In this document: positions 25,825-37,498 of the stretch, one piece after another
Numbering within the stretch: position 1 is the first letter of the stretch
How the letters are laid out: each line of letters starts with the position of its first letter
NCBI GenBank assembly: GCA_002633005.1
Contig: NMRA01000125.1
Coordinates: 844,414 to 908,413 of the forward strand
Direction of reading: 5' to 3'
Length of the DNA stretch: 64,000 nucleotides
Source of the DNA: Phoronis australis
Lineage: Eukaryota > Animalia > Phoronida
Position numbers and translations under genes: made by a program
Notes under the pieces: model-generated
What the model was told of the DNA's origin: nothing
What the model saw: the letters and a program-made list of their open reading frames with translations, nothing else
Database searches by the model: none

Positions 25825-27314
25825 GGGAACTTTTGAATAAGTTTCCGCGTTGTTCCTAACTTGGAGTCCTACATACAATGCTCTCTCTCCGTTTACAACA
25901 ATGCACCATGTCATGCACCATCAGTCCTGTAGTCCATCGAATACGCTCTTGATGAACGCCAATAAGGAAACTGTAATTTAAATTGCCTATACTCATCCCG
26001 AACATCTCCGATATTTTCGTATACTCAAATATCCCCTCGGAGTTGAACGTTATCTCCTCATGTGCTGATTAAATTGTCAAACCTTTCCTTGGTGAATGAT
26101 TGAAGGTACAGTATGAGTGAACTAGCTCGTATACGAACAGATAATTTTCATCTTCGAGAGGAATGAATACGGGGCTGCAGAAATATCCGAAGTGTTCCGG
26201 ATGTCCCATGGAGTTACTCCTAAACGACCCATTTTTGCTGATGGGCCCAGACCACCTAAACTTTCCATAGACTGTAAAAATTGGCAAGTCACGTGTCATG
26301 CTTTGAGTGAAGGTTCACATCCCTAGCAACTTTATGATTGGTCAATTTTCGACTAGTCTAGTATGGTGTAGCCTGAAGTTAAGTTGTCGCGGTCACGGGT
26401 CCAGCAGCAGCTAACATGTCAAAACACACATAAGAAGAACAATAACAATGTTTTACTCGAGACCAAAGTTGTAACATGCACACAATTCGATATTTTACAC
26501 ACTGCTGTGTTAAAGGAAACAGTCATGCTCGCTGTATGAGATAGATATATAAACGAAAATCAACAGGCGAGGGTCATTCTAGATTTTTTCTGTCGCCATT
26601 GGGGGCGTGTGAAAACAAATTTCTCACAAATTCTCACCGTCTCCCGAATCCCCCGTTGATTGTACAAGAACGCATACAACTGAATTAACTTGAGGTTGTT
26701 TGTTACATGTATATGCTTTAACGCCACAACACAATAATTATTGGGTCATAGTCCGGGGCGGGGGGGGGGNGGTTGGCAATCCCACCGCCGATTCTGGCAA
26801 AACCGAAAGAAAAAAAACTTGGCGTCGGAGCATCTAGTGAGAAAATACGGTGAAATTGGTAACGGGGGCGAAGTTGGTAGCGACCGGGGTAGGGGTGAAA
26901 TTCTTCCACTGCTCTTGGGCAGTACTATTCTATAGGCGGACGAAAAGCCAAGAGCAGATACGTTCGAGTGGAAACATTACACGTTTCGACCCTGGCCAGA
27001 TAAGTTGTGTCCTTATAGATGTATCTCCTCCGCTCCGCTCTTCTGTTCTAATAATCTCTTTGAGTAGCTAGTATTGAAACTCTGTATTGTTTAACACCGG
27101 ACTTTCGACCATAGCCAGCTCATACAAACGGTGTATAACGCATACTGATTATCCACGGTACTACGATCAATACATGGAGTCGACAAAATCAAGAACTTAA
27201 TCTGCTGCAACGATGCTGCAAAACCAATAGGATGTGCCCAGATATAACTTTCCATAACTATCATATCAATGTTGACTTTACTAAGTTCAGCTGCGCTCAC
27301 GTGCTCATTCAATA

Positions 27315-27853
27315 CTAGTCAACTTTATGTTCGTCAAGTTTGTTTATGTCTGTTTGCATTTTGGCGCGCAAAGCGAATGCCTGCCTGCCAATCTCCATAT
27401 TCGTCTGCGAAAAGTCAATAACGTCACCGCCGTCAATGTCCTCCTCAAACACTTCAGCAGTGAGGACACTAGAGAGATCTTTTTCTCCAACTCCCTGTTT
27501 GTCCACAGCATTTGCTATTGAACCATTTATGTTATATTGAGAATAAAATATGCCTATAATATCACCGCGTTTCACTTTAATTCTATCCGCCGTGTTGAGT
27601 TCCACGTATTGAGTCTGAAGCGCGTGAGCAGGTGGAAGTTCATTTTCACCCACAAGCTTGAAACCATAGGTTTGCTCACCGGTTTTCCTCCACACGCTTA
27701 CGTTGGCGCAGACTTTTGTATCGCGTGGAAAGTACTCCCATGCTATGACTTCGCCATCTGTCGGAAATGTCCATTCCAACATCAATCTCAGCCAATTGTT
27801 TCCTAAATTGGGCAGAAACTCCGGCGCCCTCCCGACGTAGATTGTCTTCATTT
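27315..27853 (-). CDS. Terminal exon of an uncharacterised protein (beta-rich globular domain)
   Basis: Protein-like ORF of ~178 codons after acceptor gtgttttag|AA at 27853; motif pattern FPTDGEVIAWEYF...VSVWR...FKLVGENEL...IKVKRGDIIGIFY; stop at 27315. Confidence 0.75.
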
Positions 27854-28556
27854 CTAAAACACATAAATGAACACGTCGCATTACATAACTTTGGATTACT
27901 GGTAACATTTGCCATCTAATACATCGACATTTATGTCAACACGACACACGAGGAGTGTAAGCTTTATGCAAAGTGCAAGTTTTTGGTTTTGTAACTTTTT
28001 CAAACAGCGCACACGGATTTCATTGAACCGACTTCGAGCGTGAAGTGCATGCTCGGTATGATTTATCACTAACAGCAGCGCCAATAGGGGGTGCACATAT
28101 CGCATAATTTGTAATTCCTGAGCATGATCCACTCGCAAATGAAAAGCAAAATGGTACATCGCCGTGGCTGTCATACCCTGTGTCCTCATCTGTTGTAGCC
28201 GGTTTTGAAATTAATCTGAGTGTGATGACTATGAAGCATGTGACATGTCGTAAGATTAAATCTGCTGTAAATGGAAGGCAAGGTTGGGTACTCCGTGTAT
28301 TATAGTCTAGGGTGCCAGCGAACACATTCGAAGGAGGGTATTTACCCCCAATACACTTAAACTGTGAATATGTGCATGAAATTCCCCGAATGAGTAAAAT
28401 CGAGGCGCGATTTTTAAAATATCAAGTGAATGAGATCTGATTTAGCCTTTACAAATTTACTGTTGAAAAGTATTTTTAAATATGAAGAAAGCCGTACCGC
28501 ACACAAAGAGGATTGTCCTGTGAAACTCAGTTAGATGTATGCAAAACATACTTTGT

Positions 28557-28667
28557 CATGGGCGGCACACCATAGGGGGCTAGGGGGGGTATAGCCCCCC
28601 AATTTTTTCAGTGCAAAACATGGTCTATAGGCGGTGCACCACATGGGGACTGAGGGCGCCGCCCATG
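28557..28667. mobile_element. Dispersed MITE-like family B (catgggcggc...gccgcccatg); related copies ~35140-35196, 42524-42599, 46127-46193, 46399-46474
   Basis: Shared gggct...tatagccccccacttatttcagtgc core and inverted termini. Confidence 0.65.
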
Positions 28668-30915
28668 TTTGTAAGGTGCGGGGCATGGGCTTGCTCGTAT
28701 ACAATAGTAAACTTGTCAAGAGTTTCGTGTGATGAAAGAACTTTTCGTTAAAATATGACTTACAAAAATAGTTTTGGGGTTCAAATCGAGACTCGCAGTA
28801 TTAATGTAGGGCAGCTACTATGCGCATGTCCGCCGTTTCTGCAATGAGGAGCCCCTTGTGATCGCTTCAGTGTTGGTTGGCCTGTGACAGGGGCAAGTGT
28901 AATCGTGACGATATAGTATGCGCGCACCCGTGGAGGGAGGGGACGGGCGTTGGGGGCTCTAACGAGCCTCCATCCACTAAAAAGTCAGGAACTGCCAAAA
29001 TTCGGCGAATGCACAGTTCATAGTTCTGAACGTACCCCTTAAATCTCAGTAAAAGGTCCATATTCTCAAAAATTCGAGCCCCCCATTTTTAGCCTGGGTG
29101 TGCGCATTTACAGGGAGTCCTGAGCCGAACCGTCTCAACGGCAGATGGACTGTGGGGTTTGACAGAACACCCCCACATCTGTGTCCAGGCATTGTCCATC
29201 TAAAATAATACTGTTTGACCTACTGATGGAAATAAGCATTACCAAGGAGTAAAAAGTATAATTCTGACCATTCGCCACGTAAGATTCACATCTTTCTGAG
29301 ACGGATGTAAAATTTATAGCTTTCATTTACGTTTGATCAGTCACATATATCACTTACCACCACCGATTGTTTTTCAGAAAGAAACAATGCTTTCAATTCA
29401 AATGCAAAGGCGATGGTAATAAAGAACAGATTCAAGTTCATAACTCCATACAAATCTCACACTACCCTTCCAAGCCAGTTGGAACAGAGCCATCGATATC
29501 CTGCGACTACTTAACCCCAGTTACAAACGTGCAATTACTGGAAAAACGATTTTCAAGTAAAGACTACCAAAGACCCTTAATCATCGCGAAGTTCAAGTGC
29601 CGACCTGGATCAACTGCAGCCATCTACATGTACAGTGGGTGGCACTGAGCAGTTAGGTTGCGGCCGCGGCCAATTTGCAGTGCCAAAAAAACTAAATTCT
29701 TAGAACAGGTCAGGCTTGGGGCAGTTTTTAGATAGGCGTTGCATGCAGGCTCAGGGAGCCTGGTTTATTTGCATTTTTGAACTTGTTAGGAATGAGGAAA
29801 GACCACTTGCTTGGCTGTAGTTGCATTCTTCTTCAAGATGACGCCCCCTGTTGGATTTGTTCGCTGCATGGTAGCGACTGAGAGAAATGGGCTGCGATTT
29901 TAGGCAGGCCTCAAACAAGTCACATTTGCAAAAAATAGTTGGTTGACTTTACCTTTGAACCACATTTCTGGATTCTGGAAGAAATTTGTTTTCAGAATCT
30001 ATTGTTGGTTTATGTCGCCCATCGGCAGAGGAGTGACGGTTTTGGCCGGGGTGAAAAGTGACATTTTTTGTGTTTTCTTTTCCCCATTTTAACCTACCTT
30101 GCTTTTCGGTAGGAGTGAAAGGACCAAAAGTACAAGACGGAATAAAGTTTCCGTGCTCATCTGTAGGGCTTGTGATGTGAAATGACTCAAAACTGTCATG
30201 TCGGTTTTCGACAGAATGGAGAAAGGGACAACTGATTCCATCGATATAGGCGGATTTAGGGTGGGGCCAGGAGGCCCCCCCTTGGCTCCCACAAAAAATA
30301 AAACAGCAAGAGCGTGAGAAAATATTGAGTTAATAATTAATCCCGGTAATTAACATGCGGCTGAGGGGTGACTTAGTGTACATACAGACCGCCGGCTACA
30401 GACCGTCGGCGCAATCGTTTTCCCATTTTTTTTTACTCCGATTGTTTTAGTAGTACGTCCACATCCTCAGAACTCAGAAATTCCACCCCCCCCCCATCTT
30501 TTAGGCTAGGTGCGCGCATGCAATCGTGCTTTTCGCGTTTGCCCGAGACAGAATGTTGGGCCCCTTTATGACATCCTAGATCCGCTATTGATTGTCGTGT
30601 GTTATGCTGAGCAAAACCCAGTGATAACTATTCTGTGCCCTCCGTGTGTACGCAACTGGGGTTTGCTGGCAAAACCGTCTCGTCACCGATTCGGATAACC
30701 TGAAACTAAGTGCCAAACAACGTGCCGTGAAAATCCACGGTATTTTGTGAGTCTGACTGAAAATAGCTCGGCAAATGGACAGTTTACGAAACGAGAAGAG
30801 GAAGAAACAAGCGGACGGAAGTAGTCTCTTGGCATTACTGTTGATGTCCGATAGTACGAGACACTGTTGTGCTTTTTCGTCTGATAATCGGACCGAATCT
30901 AAGTAAGATAATTAA

Positions 30916-31205
30916 TGTGACGGGACGTTCGTAACTACGCTTATTGTTATTCTTATTTAGTTGCAAATGTTCAGTTATTCTTATGCTAATGTCTTTGTTG
31001 CGTCTCTGTTCGCCTTTGTTACGGGGGCATGTGGGCGCGACTGTATGTGTCGGGCACTTCGCTAGCGACAGGCTTAGGAGAAGGGTGTTTCCTTCTTTTG
31101 CTTTCATGGAAAGTTGATCGTTATCATGTGCAAATTGAACTGAAACGAATGCCTGATGAGAGAAAATACATATTCTGAAGTCCAGTGGAGACTTACTCTG
31201 TTACA
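30916..31205 (+). repeat. 5' LTR (290 bp)
   Basis: tgtgacggg...ctgttaca, direct repeat of 33923-34212. Confidence 0.95.
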
Positions 31206-31207
31206 TT

Positions 31208-31220
31208 TGGCGCCCAACGT
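31208..31220 (+). promoter_or_regulatory. Primer-binding site, tRNA-Lys(CUU)-type
   Basis: TGGCGCCCAACGT 2 nt after the 5' LTR equals the first 13 nt of the known Lys1,2 PBS. Confidence 0.85.
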
Positions 31221-31674
31221 AAATCGAACAAACCAGAACTTTTCTCTGACGACGTCTGTAAAATTATGACCGTGCTACGGCCTTGCATGGAAAGTTGAAC
31301 TGCTTGCTGACTTTACAAGACTTATGTCGCGACTCGGGTAAGAATTTTCTGGAAAGGACAATGTCTTAATTTGCTACTGTGGTCACAAGTTCGTGGTGGT
31401 GTCTGGAACGGATCCTCGTGCTCGCCAAGAACGGAACTTTCTGGACTATGTGTTTGACGACGCCCTATCCTGCAGGAAACTGGACTCAGTTGCATTTTGT
31501 GTCACTGAAAATGTTTTGTGTTACTGTTGTTTGACATAAGTTCACTTGATGTGCCGGGTATTGAGAGTTCTTTAATTTCTTAAGCTAGTGTATTTTCATG
31601 CTGTAGGTCGAGTTATCTCACATTATTGGGGTGATTCTAAGTTTGTTCATGTTCCGTATATTTCATCCTTTGTC

Positions 31675-32619
31675 ATGGATTCGCTGTGTGACAAATGTGT
31701 GATTGTTGGTGACGTACCAGAGTGTGAGGATGGTGAGTTGTTGAATTTTCTGCCCGCTGAAATTCGCAATGGCGTTAAGCATGCTTGGCGAGTTAACTTA
31801 TCCTTTTATATCGTCTTTGATTCTGAAAAAATGGTTAACAAGTGTGTTAATTTTGTACGTAAGAACCATTTCAAGGATTTCAAATTGAAAATTTCAAAAG
31901 CTACTGTTACTGATGAGTCATTTCTCCGTGAATGTGCCGGTAAAAGTGATGAAAATATGTCATCGTTGATTTCATTGATAGGGGAGCTGTCTCCTGTTCA
32001 AAAGAAAATTGTGTCATCTGTTGTTGGGTCCGACGACCCTAGCAGTGTTGAGAGTAAACATGCGTCTTCAAGTGTGAACTCATGGGGTAATGTTTTTCAT
32101 AGTGACCTTGTTCGCTTACCCGCATTTTCAGGTAGTGAGAGCTCGGGTGTTTCCTTTCAGCAGTGGTTAGGCGAAGTTCAGTGTTTGCAGGTTACGTTGC
32201 AAAACGATGGTTTTCTGAAACAAGCTATCAGACGCTCATTGAGGGGCAGTGCGGCTGAATTGCTTGAATGTGATTTGTCTGTAAACGAATTGCTTAGTAA
32301 GTTAAAGTCTAGATACGGTGATGTGTTACCTGTTGGAAAAATTGTTGAAAAATTCTACAGTTCTAGACAGGATAAAAATGAAAGCGTTACCCAATGGGCT
32401 GGGCGCTTAGAGAAATTAGTAGTTCAAATGAAAATGTCTGAATCATGTCCCATTCCGAAAGAGGCGCTGCCATCTGTGCTAAAATCACATTTTGTGTCTG
32501 GTTTGCTGTCAAATGACGTCAGACTTGGTCTAAAGCATTTTGTGGAACACAATAGTGAAGAATCATTTGACGAGCTACTGATTTACGCCCGTCGTTTAGA
32601 CATTGAGTTCAGCAGAAAA
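31675..32619 (+). CDS. Gag (PNMA-like capsid), truncated by gap
   Basis: LPAFSG...SFQQWLGEV...KQAIRRSLRGSAAELL...LSKLKSRYG...FYSSRQDKNESVTQWAGRLEKL (major homology region-like); first ATG at 31675. Confidence 0.85.
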
Positions 32620-33577
32620 NNNNNNNNNNNNNNNNNNNNNNNNNNNNNNNNNNNNNNNNNNNNNNNNNNNNNNNNNNNNNNNNNNNNNNNNNNNNNNNNN
32701 NNNNNNNNNNNNNNNNNNNNNNNNNNNNNNNNNNNNNNNNNNNNNNNNNNNNNNNNNNNNNNNNNNNNNNNNNNNNNNNNNNNNNNNNNNNNNNNNNNNN
32801 NNNNNNNNNNNNNNNNNNNNNNNNNNNNNNNNNNNNNNNNNNNNNNNNNNNNNNNNNNNNNNNNNNNNNNNNNNNNNNNNNNNNNNNNNNNNNNNNNNNN
32901 NNNNNNNNNNNNNNNNNNNNNNNNNNNNNNNNNNNNNNNNNNNNNNNNNNNNNNNNNNNNNNNNNNNNNNNNNNNNNNNNNNNNNNNNNNNNNNNNNNNN
33001 NNNNNNNNNNNNNNNNNNNNNNNNNNNNNNNNNNNNNNNNNNNNNNNNNNNNNNNNNNNNNNNNNNNNNNNNNNNNNNNNNNNNNNNNNNNNNNNNNNNN
33101 NNNNNNNNNNNNNNNNNNNNNNNNNNNNNNNNNNNNNNNNNNNNNNNNNNNNNNNNNNNNNNNNNNNNNNNNNNNNNNNNNNNNNNNNNNNNNNNNNNNN
33201 NNNNNNNNNNNNNNNNNNNNNNNNNNNNNNNNNNNNNNNNNNNNNNNNNNNNNNNNNNNNNNNNNNNNNNNNNNNNNNNNNNNNNNNNNNNNNNNNNNNN
33301 NNNNNNNNNNNNNNNNNNNNNNNNNNNNNNNNNNNNNNNNNNNNNNNNNNNNNNNNNNNNNNNNNNNNNNNNNNNNNNNNNNNNNNNNNNNNNNNNNNNN
33401 NNNNNNNNNNNNNNNNNNNNNNNNNNNNNNNNNNNNNNNNNNNNNNNNNNNNNNNNNNNNNNNNNNNNNNNNNNNNNNNNNNNNNNNNNNNNNNNNNNNN
33501 NNNNNNNNNNNNNNNNNNNNNNNNNNNNNNNNNNNNNNNNNNNNNNNNNNNNNNNNNNNNNNNNNNNNNNNNNNNNN
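32620..33577. other. Assembly gap (958 N)
   Basis: N run. Confidence 1.
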
Positions 33578-33745
33578 AGTATCATAGGGAGGAATAAAAT
33601 TCAGAATGCATTTGGTTCAGTTCCTTATCACATTGTCTCTCGGAGAAATAATGTGTATTCTGTGCGGGCGGCAGATGGTGCCGGACCGATTAAAACTGTA
33701 AATAGGTCGGAGATCTTGGATGGTAGGGACTTGGTAGGTCTGTAG
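33578..33745 (+). CDS. C-terminal end of Pol (integrase GPY/F-like tail)
   Basis: GRNKIQNAFGSVPYHIV...VYSVR..DG.G..KTVNRSEIL resembles the Gypsy integrase C-terminal module; lies between the gap and the PPT. Confidence 0.75.
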   Translation, partial: SIIGRNKIQNAFGSVPYHIVSRRNNVYSVRAADGAGPIKTVNRSEILDGRDLVGL

Positions 33746-33922
33746 TATTTTGAGTTTTGCTGCTGTTGCGAGCGCGCCAGGCGTTGCCGTGCTGAAAGTG
33801 GAATGTGCGTTGTGATGTCTGTAGCCAGTACGAGGAGACTGAATGATTTCCATTTCACTGCGCTTTGTTTTCATATTGTATGTTAATGATGTCGGGACGA
33901 CATTTTTTGTTAGGGGGGAGAA

Positions 33923-34212
33923 TGTGACGGGACGTTCGTAACTACGCTTATTGTTATTCTTATTTAGTTGCAAATGTTCAGTTATTCTTATGCTAATGTC
34001 TTTGTTGCGTCTCTGTTCGCCTTTGTTACGGGGGCATGTGGGCGCGACTGTATGTGTCGGGCACTTCGCTAGCGACAGGCTTAGGAGAAGGGTGTTTCCT
34101 TCTTTTGCTTTCATGGAAAGTTGATCGTTATCATGTGCAAATTGAACTGAAACGAATGCCTGATGAGAGAAAATACATATTCTGAAGTCCAGTGGAGACT
34201 TACTCTGTTACA
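33923..34212 (+). repeat. 3' LTR (290 bp)
   Basis: Preceded by the PPT, followed by the TTAA TSD. Confidence 0.95.
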
Positions 34213-34495
34213 TTAATACAAGCTATAGCGTGTGACCTTACTTTGTAAATGACCTCATGCGACTACTTCACCAGTTGCATTGGTACAGCACTCCGACACG
34301 TGAGGAGTAGTCTTGATCACCTCCTCAGTTCACAAAAAATCGTTTGCTTTGTGCATTGTTACATTATAGTCTGGGAACGACATGTATATCACACGATTTC
34401 AATTCGTTCGTGTAAATCTTCAACGATGGATATTGATTTGTAATGCAAAATCAGGGATGAATGTCTGTTGTGCGGTAAACACTTTTTGTGCGACA

Positions 34496-34570
34496 TTCCC
34501 TCGGGGGTCGTTCCCTCGGGGGTCGTTCCCTCGGGAGTCGTTCCCTCGGGAGTTCTTCCCTCGGAGGTTG
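34496..34570. repeat. Five 15-bp units (TTCCCTCGGGRGTCG, degenerating 3')
   Basis: Directly visible. Confidence 0.9.
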
Positions 34571-35705
34571 ACAAGTTTCCAGCCACCTACCCGCAGCATC
34601 GCGATCGACGCGAAATGTCGACGGTGGTTGCTCTGTTGGACACATTTTGTGAGACCCAACATTTACTCGCCAGCGGATCTCACTTGGATGATGCATGCGG
34701 ACGTGGCGCTCAGTTTGGTGATTTTTTAATGACCAGTTTACTAGCAGGAAAGCGGTGCCTTTCCTTATTAAAGTCCAAAAACATTCACTTTTTGTATTGT
34801 GAATGTTCAATAGGGGTCCATTTTCCAGCAAAATTCTGTTTAAAAGAATTCAGTACAAAGTTTTTTTTTCAATTTCATTCAATAAGCAAACATTATATAG
34901 AATTTCAGACCCGACAAAAAGAATTATGTCTTAAGAAAGAATGAAAATGATGTTTTCATAGAATCCAAATGTTCAAGTCCCTCATAATCGTGTTAGAAAG
35001 GCACGGTTTTGTTTTGTTTGATGACTCTGAAAGAGTGGGTACCCTAATTTTCATTGCGTTCCACGCACGTGACGAAAAATACGCTCTCCCGTGAGTTATC
35101 CTTCGGACTTGATAGATTTTGCAACTATATTTGTGAGGTGACCCAGGGGCTGGAGGGCTATAGCCCCCCACTTATTTCAGTGCTGCGCCGCCCCTAGAAT
35201 ATGTTGGTGATGAGACGCCTCCTCAAATTTGGGTGAACACAGAACTTAGTACATGCAGTACTCAACTATCTCACAACATCTGACTTTATCATTAGGGCGT
35301 AATTATAAACACCACGTTTAACTTGTAATTTGAAGAGACACGTGTGCGAGCACTTATAAATTAAGCCCGCTCGTCTTTAATTTCAATAATTCATCTTGTT
35401 GACTTTAAAATAAGCGAGCGAACTGTTTGATATCGACACGGGGATCAGTTTCACGGGTGCAGATGCTTCAGTATAACACCGAGCAAATGTCCATCATTGC
35501 GGTAGCCGGCATACTTGTGGTCAGATCGGGGTCTATCATTTTACGCAAATTAATTTAATACGAAAACAAACGCCGGAAATCCCACTCAGTCCAGGTGGCA
35601 GTAAACACGTGCAATACACGTTTATACATTGATACTTCTATCCCTGGGCCTATTTTCCTGTTTATTCCCCGACGTAGGGTCGTTGTTTATTTATCCACTA
35701 ATCGG

Positions 35706-35860
35706 CAGTACTGCAGTGGGGCATAGGCGCACGTAGGCGCAGCCAACAACTTTTGGCATTTGAACGTAGCGCCTACGCACCGAAAGTTACGTTCAGTGCT
35801 GAAGGTGATACGGTAGGCTTTGGGCGCCTACTTACCTTTAATTTTACCATTACAGCACTG
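35706..35860. mobile_element. hAT-type MITE
   Basis: TIR cagtactgcagtgg / ccattacagcactg; exact 8-bp TSD ctaatcgg (35698-35705, 35861-35868). Confidence 0.85.
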
Positions 35861-37498
35861 CTAATCGGACCTCCATAAGAAACATTACGCTGATTGCCGT
35901 CTGAACAAGTCGCGTGGGGGCAATGCTAGACAATGCAGTAACAACATCGCACGTTATGTTGGACCCTAGAAAAATCTCCATATTTGGCAAACTTTGTCGC
36001 ATCACGTATCAGAAATGGTGGGTGATCGGATTCATTTTGGAACGTTCATATGCTATGCTTTATGCAACTGTTCTCCAGATAGTGTAAGGAGTTAAAAATG
36101 TTCCACTTTTACGAGGTACTAAACAGTAGGACTTCTACGATATGATTTCGTAGAGTTCCATAACACAAACGATATAATAGCTTGCAAAATCGTAACAGCG
36201 TTTTGAGATTTCATGCTAAAAATTTACATCAAAGGAAATTTGGTCATGTCGTTAATACATGTACCGTCGTTTTGCTATAAAAGCAGTTTTCTATTTTCGC
36301 TAAATTTTACTCGAAAGAAATGGACATGTGGCCAAATTAAAGACAGGTTGGCATTTGGCAAAAATTAATTCTACAGGCTTTCTACGTTCTCGAAATAGAT
36401 ATTTTATTTAGTTAAAATCTAGTTTTTATAGGTATTATAGGCTAAATACACGTACATGTTGATAAGGGTCTATATAACCTCTATGGCCGTGTGGTTCAAT
36501 TACTTCAAAAATGCAAAGCGGAAGTCGTCGAATAATCAGTTTTGAACTATAGACCGGTAACCAAGTGCACCAGTAATGAAAAACACACCAAAAAGAATAA
36601 ACAGCAGGTTTACAACATTCTGATGAAAACGTACATGTTTGAGGCATGGAAGTATCGCACTTGAAAAATGAATATTACAAACGTAAGCAGTTATAGTTGA
36701 CGTGTGATTAGATTCAAAGAGGGAGATTGTGTTAACAGAAAATACACTTCTATTAATAACCTTTCACAGACGGCGAAAATCGACGCGTGTGCATGTAGTC
36801 GAGGAACATAAAATGTGTGGCGTACAGGGTATGAGTGCCTCCTATCCAGAAACCCGGTAAAATGTCTGTTTTAGATAGATGCTACATATTTACTCTTTCT
36901 AGATTATAAAATTTCAGCTGTTCATGAACTTATATCTATATAACGCTATATATGCCTGAGCCTATGCTCTGCTCGAGGATACCCCCCCCCCCTCTTCATC
37001 CATCCTCAGTTCGTCTACAGAAACCAACACTGCTAAGGCCACCAAAATCGTTAATTACTGTTTATTTCCATATGTATTTTGCTGCCTCATTAGACAAAAT
37101 ACGAAACGTAACTCCATTGAACAAAATATCAGACTCTACAAAATTTGGCTATTGGTAAATTAAGAATATGTAAACAGTCAATGTTTTGATAACTGGCATG
37201 TAGTGCTTTTCAAGACTGCGGCGTCATGTGATCACTGTGTTCTTGGTGGTTGAACAGAACCGTTCAGTACGTTAGAAAGTCTCGTTACGGCATCGGGAGC
37301 CTTGATTTACTATCCACGTTCTATTTGCGGGCTAATCAACTGCGGGAGCTTGTTGACGAATGTCAATAGTGGAATGCAGGCCGAGTTGAAATTCGCAACC
37401 CTGGCCTATGAAAACCTAGTATACACAAGTCAGTCATAGAATACTTATGTTTATTACTATACAATCCACATAACAATATTTTTTTAAAGAAGTTACAC

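Larger units (their letters stand above)
30916..34212 (+). mobile_element. Ty3/Gypsy LTR retrotransposon, internal region interrupted by an assembly gap
   Basis: Two 290-bp TG...CA LTRs (30916-31205, 33923-34212), identical by eye; TTAA target-site duplication (30912-15, 34213-16); PBS TGGCGCCCAACGT 31208-31220; polypurine tract AGGGGGGAGAA 33912-33922. Confidence 0.95.

Noticed and set aside
31154-31170. CTGATGA-GA-GAAA in the LTR as a hammerhead ribozyme core
   Set aside because: No room for stem II and no stem I pairing; a degenerate ...cgaaacgtcgg motif near 14590-14620 also lacks the CUGANGA box.
25363-32619. DyP as cargo of the neighbouring capsid protein (encapsulin analogy)
   Set aside because: Gag belongs to a recent TE insertion and is unrelated to the HK97 encapsulin fold; the DyP C-terminus (LRSMA) has no encapsulin targeting peptide and no canonical PTS1.
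32596-33745. Long X-filled ORFs
   Set aside because: Artefacts of reading through the N gap; only the flanking Gag and integrase parts are real.
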